Below are positions 1 to 13,400 of a stretch of DNA of 64,000 bases, piece after piece (the stretch's first letter is position 1; each line of letters opens with the position of its first letter). A program made the translations under genes and the position numbers. Location of the stretch: NCBI GenBank assembly GCA_028023455.1, contig JAQFVV010000001.1, forward strand, positions 7,378,001-7,442,000, given 5' to 3'. Under the pieces are notes generated by a model, which did not search any database, had not been told where the DNA came from, and saw nothing but the letters and a program-made list of their open reading frames with translations. The DNA comes from Epiperipatus broadwayi. Lineage: Eukaryota > Animalia > Onychophora.

Positions 1-1519
1 TTTACAAATTTATATTGTTTACCTTGATACCTATCATATTTTCCAGTTTTTTTCCCTTATGGAATTCTTTTATAACATATATATAATATTCCATCTTTCA
101 AAAATAATGTTAATAAATTTTTTTTATCTATATAAGTTGATATGCTTATTATTATTTAATATTATGTTTATTATACAGATCCTCTTTTTTTTTTTTTAAG
201 CACTAACTATTTATTCTTTTAGGGTGCTTTTATAAAAACTTTTTGCTTTCTATTTTTCAAACCCAAATTGCTTTATGGATGGTTCCAAATTACTAGAAAT
301 TGTAAATTAATTTGAAATAGTATTTTTCATGGTATGTAGCATTCATCATTATTCTATTTTTTTTTAATTATGAGAAAATCTTTAAAACTTGTGTCACAAG
401 TGTGATCATACAAACTTATCAAATCTTTTTTTTTTAATCAATCCAAAGTTTTTAGAATTTATATTACAATTTTACCAATTATGTGTGTTTTTTTCTAGTG
501 TTTTATGTTACAACTTCATTCTTAATATTTTATGATTCATTTCATCATTATCAACTAATGGTTTCTTTTTTATTTTTTAAAATTTATTTTAGCATATAAA
601 TCTTTTTCATTTTCTTTTTTCCTAATCATTTATTTTTTCTAAGTCTTTTACTAATTATATATATATTTTCCATGGCAATCATAATTTTTTTTTAGTTGAA
701 CTTGTTTAATTCTTTCATATATCAAATCTATCTCCCTTTTGGAAATATTATATTTCTTTTACCGCTACTTTTATCTAGTTTTTATTATTTTTCTTATCAC
801 TTTGTAATTTTTGTTTTTTACACTCTAATTTTCTGTGTGTGGGATTTACATTTTTCCATTTTCATCTCCATGTTTCTAATAATTTTTTATTAAATTCAAG
901 TTGTTTTTTTTTTTATAATCTACATACGTATTTTTTTACCAACTTTTTTTACTGTTGATTATTTTATTCTTTCAGAATTAATAAAAAAATTTTTTAGTCT
1001 GAAGTTTAAGAATTTTTTTTTTTTTTTACCTTTTTCCTTAATTTTTTAACATTTTTGATGTATTTTTTTTCTGTTTATTTTTTTTTTATATAGTTTTAAT
1101 TTGTAGCTTCATATTTTAAAATAACCAAGATTGTAATCACATTCGATATCTGAATCAGTTTGACACTTGTTGTTGTTCTGAACTTTAAGCTTATTATTAT
1201 CGTAACTTTTATGTCTTTCAGTTTTTTTAATTCTAGACTGAAATTTCCAACATGCTGCAGATCTCTATTCTTTTGTTATCATTCTGTGATTCTTGTTTTT
1301 ATTTTCTTTAATCACCCCCCCCCCCCCCAAACATACATACTAAGTTATCATAATGTTAATTTTATAATCTTATGAGTTTTTGTTAAATTCTTGTCAATGA
1401 TATTTTGTTACTGAAGTTTATCCAGATTTCTGAAACATTTGACTGAATAAAAAAGCCATTATTTGATTGGAGAATATTTAAATTAATATAACTTTGCTGA
1501 TTATATTATTTTATTAATT

Positions 1520-2000
1520 GATTTACAGAAATGTAAAAAAATGATTAAAAAGCTAATTTCAGAGAGTAAACAAGGCAGGATTGAAAATTACTCTATACAG
1601 ATAATGAACAATGAACAGAAAAGTACAAACATTCCTATACATCTTATGTCATTGTTTTCAATAAATATTAGAATGAAGCTTGGATGGAATTCATTTGATA
1701 AGAGCAGTTTCATTTTGAAGCAGACCTATTTCTGCATTTTAAAAAAGATTTAACATGTTTATCTTGCTCATTTTTCATGTGTAGATTGAAAGTTGAACAC
1801 TTGAATATGATTTAATCACCTGAACCAAAAAAACTGACGTCTAATGGGAAGATTAGAGAATAAAAAGTGATTGTATATGAATTTCAGACGTTTATCATTC
1901 GATTCTGAGAAATGAAAAGTTAACTAGAAAATATTTTTATACTAGTCTTGAAATAATAAGGGTAATGACTTGAAAATATTATAATCCTGCAATGGAGAGA
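1520..2000 (+). mobile_element. Decayed RTE-like LINE fragment (RT C-terminal region); bounds approximate
   Basis: ORF 1541-1753 contains ESKQ(A)G...IMNN and INIRMKLGWNSFDKSSFILK, resembling the RTE post-RT motif RRIxLGWxAFxKL. Confidence 0.55.
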
Positions 2001-3212
2001 ATAAATTTGATAATGTTTATTTAAAAAATAAATATTTTGTTGACAATTTTGTAGTAGAAAATTAATATTAAAAAAAGCATTTATTAAGACTAACTTAGTA
2101 ATTTACCACAAACTATAAGTTGTGGGATTATTCTCATTTTAGAAAAGAAAAAATTCAGTTTGGTTAAATAAATGATTTTATTGTGTTTAACCTGCCATTT
2201 GGATGCTAAACAAAAAGTTTAGAGATCAAGCAAATCATTAAAACTATAGTAATTTTTTTTTTTGTTGTGGAGGATAGTTAAAAATATAAAAAAGCAATTT
2301 TATTATTTGAAATAAAGAAGAAATTTTTGATGTTGATCTTAAAGAATGAAATATTTGTTTACTATTGTAAGTTATTTTTGATTTCTGGATCATAAATAAG
2401 GCAATCAGTGAATATGCTATGCATAAATCTAACCATTCATTCTATCTTTTTTTTTTCTAACATTTTGTATTTTTCAATTTTTTTGTTTGTTATATTAGCA
2501 TGCCAATTATCTGATCTAATTGGAGTTGAAAGTGTGTCACATAATTAAATAATTCAAGTAATCAAATTATATTTAACATCGTGTACTCTATAATTATTGA
2601 TGACAACAAATACTTGTCTATAAACAACCATTTTATGTTGTGCTAACATAAAATAAAGAATTTTTAAATGTAGCATTTTCATATATATGTTATATGCTTT
2701 GAATATTTTGGATAGGTTTGGCTGGGATAGTTTTGCATTGTATAAGAGCGTTGAAGAGAACTTAAATGAAATTTTTTAGTTTTCCTGAATTGGAAGACAT
2801 TTGTATTTCAAATTTTAATTTTTTTTAAAATTTGAATTTTAGATTGAGTTACTTGAAGTTTATATGAATGTATAGATTATTTTTGAAAACATAAAAATTA
2901 TATGATTTAAATTTTTAAATCATTCCAAAATATTGTAAATTATTGATTATAAGTGACTGCAAGGAAATGGAATTGTAAGATATAATTTTTTTAAAATATC
3001 TTCTTATGGTGAAAATCGTTACATTTAACTTTTGAAACCTGGTTAAGTTTTAAAATTAGTTTTGCAACTATTGGTATAATGAATAAACAATTTATTTAAT
3101 TTTATTGTGATGATTTATTTGCTGTATAATAAAGTATTATAAAATAAATTGCTGTTAATTTTAACACATACACATATATTTATATTCATATATGTTTATT
3201 TATTAATTACAG

Positions 3213-4414
3213 TCGCCACCCAGTTATGAAGATGTAATGGATGAAGATTCTATTAGCGGTTCCTATAATTTAGTTGCTTCATCTAGTCCAGAATCTGTTA
3301 GTTTTATAGGCATTCGGAAGTTAAATGATGATGAAATCACTCCACCAATCAGATCTCCCATTAAAAATCATTCACCTTCTCTCAGACATTCACCATCTAC
3401 CAAAAGAACTCCTCCTCCTATCAAAAGTCCACCACCTCCTTTCATAAGTCAGCCTGATTCTATCAAAATTTCCTACCAATGTCAATCTACAGCAAAAACA
3501 ATTCAAACAACTCCAAAAAGTCAACCTCCACCCAGACCTTCAGTTCCACCTAGAAAAATAATTAAATCAAAGGATAATAAAGAGATAATTATAAAGCAAT
3601 CAGATAGTAATGCATCGTCCCAAAATATTCCAGTAAGTGGAAATACTTTGATAGAATCAGCTACCAGTCCTCTTTCTCCTCCACCTATTGCACCAAGAAG
3701 AAATAAAACAATCTCTAAAAAGATTAAGGAAAAATTAAATGTAAATCAGAATGAGTATTTAGAAATAAATAAGGAAAAAACAACAGTTATACAGGATTCA
3801 TCTAGAATTGTTCCATTTTTCACTTCACCACAATCATCACTTCAGTCACAAAATCCTCAATTACCTAAAGAACAGACACTTGAAATAATTAGTCAAACTC
3901 ATTCTTTGGACATAGATTCATTTTTAGATCAAAACATTAGAGAACTAGAAATTAATCCTATAAAACAAAAAGATGACTCTTTAAATAAAAACAAACAAAT
4001 CTCAAATGTTTGTCATTCATCATTAGAAAGGAATGAAAAATCTGAATCATCTTCAAGTATTACACAAAATCTAGAAAGTTCAACAATAGATTCCACACAA
4101 AGAGGTTTAATTTCTGTACCAATTACTAGGCCAGTTCCAGCAAAAAGAAGAACTACTGGTTCATCCTCTTCACTTAATTGTTCTTCTGATTCGGATTATT
4201 CTTCACAGCATTCTTTCAAACTTTCCTGTACCAACTATGAAAATAATGAAGCTGATAATTTACAAGCAGTATTCGAACAAGACTTTAAAAGCAATTTTAT
4301 GAATAATTCAACATCTGAAATAAATGAACAGATAAATATTGCAGAAGAGAGCTTGAATAATCAAAATATGTCAAATTCAGATGGAAACAGTGATGTGGTG
4401 CCTTCTGAATTAAG
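3213..4414 (+). CDS. Exon A: long Pro/Ser-rich exon (SPPSYEDVMDED...VVPSELR)
   Basis: Acceptor ttacag ends at 3212 and the frame is open from 3213, upstream of the track ATG at 3237. Donor AG|GTAAGA at 4415. This is the 393-aa ORF of the track. Confidence 0.9.
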
Positions 4415-7400
4415 GTAAGAGAGGATTGTCTAATTTTCTTTTTAAAATGTAGGAACTATTCTTTAGGAAAAAAATATTGAATAAAGTAAAATTAAGTAAG
4501 TATTACTGATATGAATGTCAGTATGTATTTTTACATATGTAGCCACAAATTTTCACTTATAAGTAGTATTTTACTAAGTTTTTGTTTCTAACAACATTTT
4601 TATTAATTTTTAAGAAATAGTATTTTAAAATAATATTTATTTTATAATATGTGATTAATCTGAATAAAAATTGAGTTTATATGTTTACTTTTTAAACTTT
4701 CATTTAAATTTGAATAATAATTGAAATTTTTTTAAAAATTATATGTATTTTTAGCTTGATATATATATAATCATTGAATAGATTTTTAGCTCTATGTTTT
4801 TTTTCAATCAAACACATCTTGATAAAACACACCATATATTGTTAGGGTGTACATATTTCATTAAAATTGTTTAACTGAAGATGAATTTGAATAGTATATT
4901 AGTAAAAAATTATGAAGTTAAAATGTTTTTTTGGTTATTATATTTTTTAAAACACTAACAGATATGTATGTGTATGCTTTTACAAAGACAATTGAATATA
5001 CAATTTAAATATACAGTAATTGTATCTCATCAAACTTACTTTGAATAGAAAAAATTCATTGAACAAATTTCATAAATTGTCCCAGATAATGTAAAAGCCA
5101 TAAAAGAAAAAAAAAAGCTTCAGGGATAGGAGTATATTATAAAATTCCCCCATAAAAATATAAGCAATAAATATTGATGATATTGAAATAGATTTCTGGA
5201 ACATTTTTTTTTTCTAAAACTTTTTTTTCGTAAAAAATGTAGACTTTTTATTGAAAATAAGTCATAAGTTAAATAAATCCTAAGACATTTTTGAAGAAAC
5301 ATTGCAAAAATAAATTTAGATAATGTTTATATAAAGATGTGTATATAAGGAGCTAAATTCTAGATTTAGCATTTGAGTTTATTTTTACTAGTAGTTTCAA
5401 AAATTAAACAATTAAGAATTTGTTATACAATAAAGTAATTAAATAGACTTGAAATTAAATAAAAAGACATAATGTACAAAAAGGAAATAAAGAAAAACAA
5501 ATTTGTATTTCTAATTTTAATTTAATTTTATTAAAAATCAAGGATTTATACACTTTTCTTCTTGCATATAAGTATTTGCTTAAATGAAATATGTTGATTG
5601 ATTCTTGTCATTATTTAGTTTAACTAGAGATTTAAGGACATGTGCCTTGCATGTGTATATGTAAAAAATTAGTTAACAAAGTCCATCTTAATAATATGTA
5701 AATAAATGTAAGAAACATTTGATACACAGTAAGATATATTTTCAAACTTTTCAATAATTGCTTTGCTAGAGGACCTTCAGTATTTTTATATTATATCATA
5801 ACCATGATTATGATACAAAAGTATTAAAAGCTCACCTGTCCATTAGTGAAAAGTTGAAAATACATGCTATTCTATCTCAAACATTTCTTACCTTTATATA
5901 TATAAAAATACATTTACAGAATTTAAATATCTAACAGCCCTTAAAGAGACCACTGCAGGAGTAAGATTTCTCCAACAATCCCCATATTCATGAGTTAGGA
6001 ATAGCTAGAAATCCAATTACTCATTCTAATTGAATGACTATATGGATATAGCTATAGATTTACTATCTAAAAGAAAATCTTAAGCTTGCTTAGAATGTGA
6101 AAAAATGTCCATGTTTTATGCCAATGAAAAACCTAGCTAATTCAGTTGATTACAAATGCACTATCCACTATGCAAGAGAAGCCATTTCTATTTTTAATAA
6201 TGTAGAATAAAAAAAAAACACAGAAGTTACATATCTATGTAAGTTTAATATTTCAACTAGTGGATTGGCTTTCGTCAGAAACTATAGTTAAATAAATAGA
6301 ATGATAAAAAATAGCTAACAAAAAATTATCTTGAAGATTTCTATAATTTACAGATAATCTTTGTTAAAAGGTTTAGCCAATTATGTATTAGTTTATTGTA
6401 TCAAAAATGTACACTTACTCTTTCAACAACAACAAAAAACGATATATATATATATTTAAAAAAAAATTAACCAATCAAATGCAAACTGGGAAAACATTGA
6501 TGCACAACACACCCATATAATTATATGCTAAAATGTAGGTGTACAAGTATGCATCTCTAGAAAATTTCTAGTAAAGTTTACATATTAAGTATTAATTCTA
6601 ATAAACAAAATAGTGTACTTATTCAAATTTGTTATCTATAATCACAAGACTTTCACTTTTAGTTACACATTAGAATACACATAATGAACAATTAATTAAA
6701 GTCAATGAATTAGAAAACTAGGTATTTTAAAAATGTAATAGGGTCTATGTTTAGACTTTTTAAAGATGCAATGTTTTAAATTTGAGGATAAAAAAAATTT
6801 ACTTTTTATTTCCTTTTTTATGTGAAAAAAAAAGTTATTTCGTGAAATAACCTCTTAAATTATGAATTGTGTGACTTGATAAATTAAAGTATTTAGATGC
6901 TGATTTATTTTTATTCTTAGATTTAGTTTGCTTGTGTTAGTAGAAAATGATCAACTTTTTTTAAAACATTCTAGTACCATAAAGTAAAAATCCAAAAAAA
7001 AAAAAAAGAAAAAGAAACTTATGCAAGATTCATCAAGATTGATACAATATCTTATGTAATAAATCAACCTTCAAATTTATGTATATAGTAGATTAAGGAT
7101 AAATGATAAAGGCATAATATTCCTCAATTCTTTGTTTTAGATTTAGCCTAGTTATTGACTGCAAATCTTAAAAAAATATAATGTAATTGATAATTAAAAT
7201 ATATTTAATTATTATTTATATGAAATAATATGAGTGTATTAACAGCAATTAAAAATAATTATTGCATTGCATTTTTTAAAACAATGTTGTAAGTCAAATA
7301 AAATGCTTTTAATTTGAATAGCTTAAATTTTAATATTCTTAATTAAATTTTATTTGTAACACACTCGCATATCATGAGAAATCACCTGTTTAAAATGAAA

Positions 7401-10400
7401 TCTTATAAGTTGATCAAATTCAGTCAGTAGTCCAAGTAATCATAAATGACAATGCTCTTCCTGCAGCTTATTTTCCCTGCAAATGATTAAGATTTTGTTT
7501 CATTTTTATATTATAAATAATAATCCATGACGTACTAACAGCAGTATTTTTTTCACTCTCCACTTGCAAGTGAAAAATTAAATACGTGGTTGCAGGCCAC
7601 AACATCAATTAGTGCTGACCTTTTTTTGGTTTTTTTATGACATCATTATAAATTCTGATGTATTTTTATAATGGAAATTACCAGAGTTTTTAAAATAAGT
7701 ACCATAAAGCAAAAATTTAAAGCTTATAAAATTTTCCACAAAAATGGAAAGCAAATTGTGCAAAATTCATCAAGATTGGTGCAATATTTATTGAGTTATA
7801 AAGTAACAAACAAGCAAACAAACTTTCACATTTATATATTAATATAGATATCAAAGCTATGATTAAGTTTTTCTAACATAGTCTATTTTCTGATTTTTCA
7901 AGCGTCTGTTTTTACTGTGCAATTGGCATTGTTGGGGATATACTATTTAAATTATTAATAGTATATCTTGGACCATTTTTGTAAAAACGTCTTCTTGTAT
8001 GACTTCTTTCATCTCAACATAGAAAACAATACTTTCTGATTTCAGTCTTACTAATGAATTGTTTTGACTAAATTATTTTTAAATATTTTATAGTTATGAT
8101 GGACAGTATTAGTATTGTACATTAAATTTATTTTTTTCTATATAAAAAATAATAATTATACTTATATATGTATGATATTGTGTGTTTTTAATTGAAAGAT
8201 ATAATTATTTTGTTCACTCGTTAGAATTAATACTTAATTAATTTTTATATATATACACATTAGGATTATAATCTCATATATAATTAATTATGTAAGCATT
8301 TGTGTAAGATTTTTTTTTTCATATCACATTTAATTGGTTGATTATTTAATTTTTTTAAAAAAAGTGTAAATTTGTGGTATACAGCAGACTAATACATAAT
8401 TGACTGAATATTTTAACAAAAATTCTTTGTATCCTACAGGATTCTTCAAGATAACTTGAAATAATTTTTTGTTAACGTAATTTTTGTCAATTTATTTATT
8501 TAACTATAGTTTCTGATAATATTGGCTTTCTGGTTGAAATATTAATATATAAAGAGAAGTGATTTCAGTTTTTTTTTTTTTTAATTTTATGTATATATAA
8601 TCATTGTAATTGTCTAATGGGTATAAGATTAGCCTATCTTACATATATAGTATGATGTTTTACTTTATTTTCCAGAGCTCAAAACACTTTTGCAGTAAGG
8701 TTGTATTAGATAATATAGACATTTTATTTATAGTAGAAATAAACTTATGTAATTTTTGGTTTTATATTAAAAATGTTGCACTCTAGTAAATTAATGCAAA
8801 TGTAGGCCTTTAAATAAATCACTGGGTTACACTAAAAATAATTATATTAACTTAATAAGCAATTATTGAAATAATAATTGCTTTTTTATTGAAATTGTTT
8901 TTGAGCTTTGAGGATCTCATATTTTTACTCCATCTTAGAATCAGCATAGTTTAGTATTATTTCATTGAATAATTATTATTTTAATATTTTGAATTCATCA
9001 TTATAACAGTTAGTTTCAAGTTCTATATAAATTTATATTTATTATTAAAACCAGTTAACACTTAGACAATCTCAATATCAGTAACAACAATGTTGTCAAG
9101 ATAATCTTTTTTTAACAGCAAAGGTGGAATCCCACCTTTATTTATGGCCCAATATAATCTAAAGATTGCAACTTGGCTACAGAGATTGAAATTATTGATA
9201 CAAGAAGTTTAAATAACCCCCTTTTTAAACAGGTAAATATAACCTCTTCTGAATGCAGTCTAATAAAGAATCAATTATAACCTTACAAACAGCAGTTATA
9301 ATTTTCAAATTCTACCCAAAGTATTACTTGAATAATAAATCTAATAATGTTCAAGGCTAAATGGATTTATACCATATTTGTTTTATAAATATATATTAAT
9401 GGATTTATGACGATAGTGTTCGTATATCTGCAGTTCAAATCCAAGTTGAGTAAAACATTTTTGTCAGATTTTAACAGCAGGTTTGGAATTGTTTTTTAAA
9501 TAGTTAGTCCATAACCAATTTATCTAGCAAACCAATTAGTAGGCAATATATGAGTATATACTTAGAAACAAAAAAAAAATTATGAAGATATGATGAAAAA
9601 GACTAGAAGGTTTGAGGAAAAGAACTAAGAGGGATGATTAATAATTCTTAGAAAAGTAATAGCTATAAGTTTTTGTAAGCTAGAACAGAGACGGAGAGAT
9701 TTGGAGAAAATGGGACCCATTGTTCATCAGCTAATTGATGCCAATAGTGATGGCCAGAAAGTTAGTATTATAATAGTTTAAATAATTTAAAAAATAGACA
9801 TTTTTTATATAAAAAGTGCAGATCTGACATGGAAGAACTTTAAAACTATGTAAAAATAAGTATAATTATGAAGTTAGTATATAGAAAAGCAATCTCATAT
9901 GTATAATTTAAAAGATATTGCATTAGTACATGCATTTTGTTAAACATCTGATTAATATCCAAAACATTTATTAATTATTAGTGTTACATAAATATATTTT
10001 CTCTGTTTTGTTAAAAACTTTTAATGTGCCCTTGTTACTGTCTTTGAATATCAAGAATTTTTTTTTTATTAATTTTTTTTTTTTTGTTGTGACTAAAGAC
10101 ATGCATACATCTGATGTTAAATTTTTTGATTTTTCTTTTGGTTTGTCTTTCTAAAGTAAAAATTTCATTTTTTTAATGCATTTTCTTTGTACAGAAAGTC
10201 TTTTAGATATATTTGTCTTAATCTTAGAAATCACATATCATAATTTCATACTGTAATTAGCTTTTCTCTATGGTCTAAATCAATGGTCTTCAACCTTTTC
10301 ACACCTGCAGACCGGCAAAAATAAGGATAAGATTTTGCGGACTAGCAGAAGTCTACAAATAAATTTTCTTATAGATTTAAATTGCTTAGCCTTAGATGAG

Positions 10401-13400
10401 CATAATTGTTATAACTGACCAAAACAACACACTAGTTACTGTGTATTGTAATGGTGTTGCTTACCTTCATATGCTGAACACTCTTTCTCGAGTTGTGCAG
10501 TCATACTGCTACAGAAAACAGTACGTTCTCATTAATGTGCATGCATTGGTATGTTTATTATTTCAGTGTTAAAACATGCAAAAATAAAATGTTATTCACC
10601 TGAATGTTGGGAAATATCACAGCTAGTGTAATTACATGACAATGATTATGATAAATGTAATATCTATATTTAATGTTAAATATACAAGATGAAGTATGAA
10701 GTTTGTATAATAAAAAACTTTTTTTTTTTTTTAATTTTGAATCTAGTGTTATTTTAATCTCATTTTTACCCAATAAGAAACAGAATGAAAAGTTATTTTG
10801 GTAAAATATCACATAGAAATAAAACAATCATTATAAAGATGTCATTTTGCTAAAAAAAAAAAAAAGATAATAGATTTACGTTCTCGATGAAGGGAAATCA
10901 TCATCAATGATCTGTCTCCATTTTGTGAAGTTTACAATTTCAAAAAAAAATGTCACCCACAAAATAAAAAGATGATACAAATGCAATAAAATTTTTTTGC
11001 TATATGTGATCAATAAATGAGCTGACGCAATACAGAAATGCCTACTAGGTATAGAAATTGACATGTAAGGAGTGGTACAATTATCGTGAGATTGACGCTT
11101 TGTCTTTTAAATATTGCATTTTCAGATAAATTCCTTTGATTATTATTTAGTAATTATAGTATTATTTAATAATTTAAATAAAATTTTGATTTATAATTAA
11201 TTTTATTTAAACAGTTGTGATGAAAAAATAAATAAAAATTATTTATATTAATTAAAAGTTTAAAATCTTATTATTTTGTTATTACAAACTTTCCTGCCAG
11301 TCTAGCGTGGACCGGCAGAAAACTTCTGCGGACTGGCGCCAGTCTGCAACCAAGGTTTGAAGACCACTGGTCTAAATCAATATATTTTTTTTTTGCATTT
11401 TTTTGATAAAATGGAATGTCATCTTATAATCAAAAGTGTGATTTACCAATACCATTATTTTAATAGTAATCATTTGTTTATGTAATTCATTCATGATTTT
11501 TTGCATAAATTGAATTTCAGGTGCAAGTGTATATGAATTCAGGGTGCATAATATGAAAATATTTTTTACCAAGTGAAACTATATCTCAAGAGATATTCAT
11601 ATATCAAGAGACACATAACGAGTCTCTGTTGATTAATGCATTATATTTTTAAAATTTTTTGCTTATATATAATGGGATTAGATTACATAACTCTGAATTC
11701 ATCTAAATCAGATTTGTGTAGAGGAATACCTAATGTAATTAACACCTATAATAATATCAATTAACCATTCAAGCAGTTGCCCTGGTTATTGCCTCAGTTT
11801 TATTTAAAGAATCATAAGTATACACATTAATTTGATTTTTTTTTTTTAAAAAAAATTCCTTCCATCAAAGTATTAAAAATTTTTAAGCAATTTTTTTTCT
11901 GCAATCAAATTTTTATTTGTAAAAACTGTTTAAATTCCTAGTTAAGAGAGATTGTATTGAAAAGATTTCTAGTTCACATAGTTCTGCTTAATAATAATAA
12001 TAAAAAGATTTGTAGATTTTAAATAAAATCCGAGATTAAAATGATTTCATTGAAGAATTGTTAAATAATAATAATAGAAGCGAACTTAACTAGTTTTCTT
12101 AATTAGGTAGGATATGGCAGATCATTCCTTCACACATACTTCTAAAACTAGTTAATATTTAATCTATTCTTAATAGAATGAAACTTTCAAATGTCAGACA
12201 ACAATTACTAGTTAGAAACTTTGAATTTATATATATATTTAAAAATGGCAAATTTTTATTAGAATATTTTAAAATACAGTACTAACATAAATTTTATCTG
12301 TTAAAACTTAATTAATTTAAACTTTTAATCTGTGTTTCACTTTCAGATTAAACACTCTTTAGAATAAATATATACTTAATTAAAAAAAAAAAGCAGTACA
12401 TCAATGTTAAATAAATAAATAAATAAATAAAAGCATACATGGTAAGTAAACTTATGTATATATGTAATTCTAATTTTTCAATATTTAACAAATTATATTT
12501 AAGAAAAGATAAAAAGAAATGATAATTAGACTCAATTTAAAATGAAAGAATAAGAAAAAAATAACACAATTTACAAATGTATCTCATACAGGTTGCAGAC
12601 CATACAATTTTTTACCAGTATAATTGAGATTTGTGTACTCCATTAATTAAACTTAAACAAAGTACAGGGTAATTCAGAATATTTTTCATATTAAAAATAA
12701 TATACATACAAATACAATTGTTTGAAATAAATTTTATATAAGAATATACAATCGTAAAAAAAAAAAAAAAGTTAAATTAGATAAATTTCCAAACAGATGT
12801 CCCCCCCTCCTCCCACACCCAATAATTCAACAGGAATCTTTACTCATCAAAAAACTCTTCAACCACTGAACTGAGAGTTAACTAAGTAACTGGCCTTGAC
12901 AATTCATCACTCATCCAAGTACCAATAAGATCTAAAATTGAGTTACATTAATCAGGGAAACAGTATTTTTGGTGAAATATCATTAGGCTTTATAGATATA
13001 TTAAGGAATATTCTTTTTTGAAAGTCAGTAAAAAAATAATTTGATGCTTAACCTTTAAACAAGTAACTTTAAAATATTATTTACTAATTTTGTTTTTTCA
13101 TTATGATCTCAGTATTTGTTTATCTATTTCTTTATTTGTATTTGTCTTGGACCATATTTTGTGATGTATACTATCTTTTAATCAAATGTATAAAATTTTT
13201 TGCTATAATGAAATAGCCTTATGTAATAGATAAATAATTGAGTCAAAACAGAATGATTGATGAAAAAAATATTGATTATTTTTAAGTATACAGTGCAAAA
13301 TATTATTTGTCACGAAGCTTTATAAAAGTTGATTGATATCTGAAAATATATTTAATTAGTAAAAAAAAAAGATAAATTTATTTATTACTTTTCAGTTATT

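Noticed and set aside
1-1400. Strongly T-rich plus strand, possibly a decayed minus-strand coding relic
   Set aside because: No recognisable motif or continuous frame; a translated homology search would be needed.
3237-4418. 393-aa ORF as a stand-alone single-exon gene
   Set aside because: It is bounded by a splice acceptor at 3212 and a donor at 4415, the frame is open upstream of the ATG, and it splices in phase to exon B.
8880-9480. Possible old hAT transposase relic on the minus strand (RWDSTF, resembling TRWNST)
   Set aside because: One short motif only, with no TIR or TSD.
9590-9760. Possible RTE 3' end
   Set aside because: The resemblance is too short and degenerate to call.
12780-13010. 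Coding-looking minus-strand stretch (DLIGTWMSDELSRPV)
   Set aside because: Contains stops and has no family motif I can identify.
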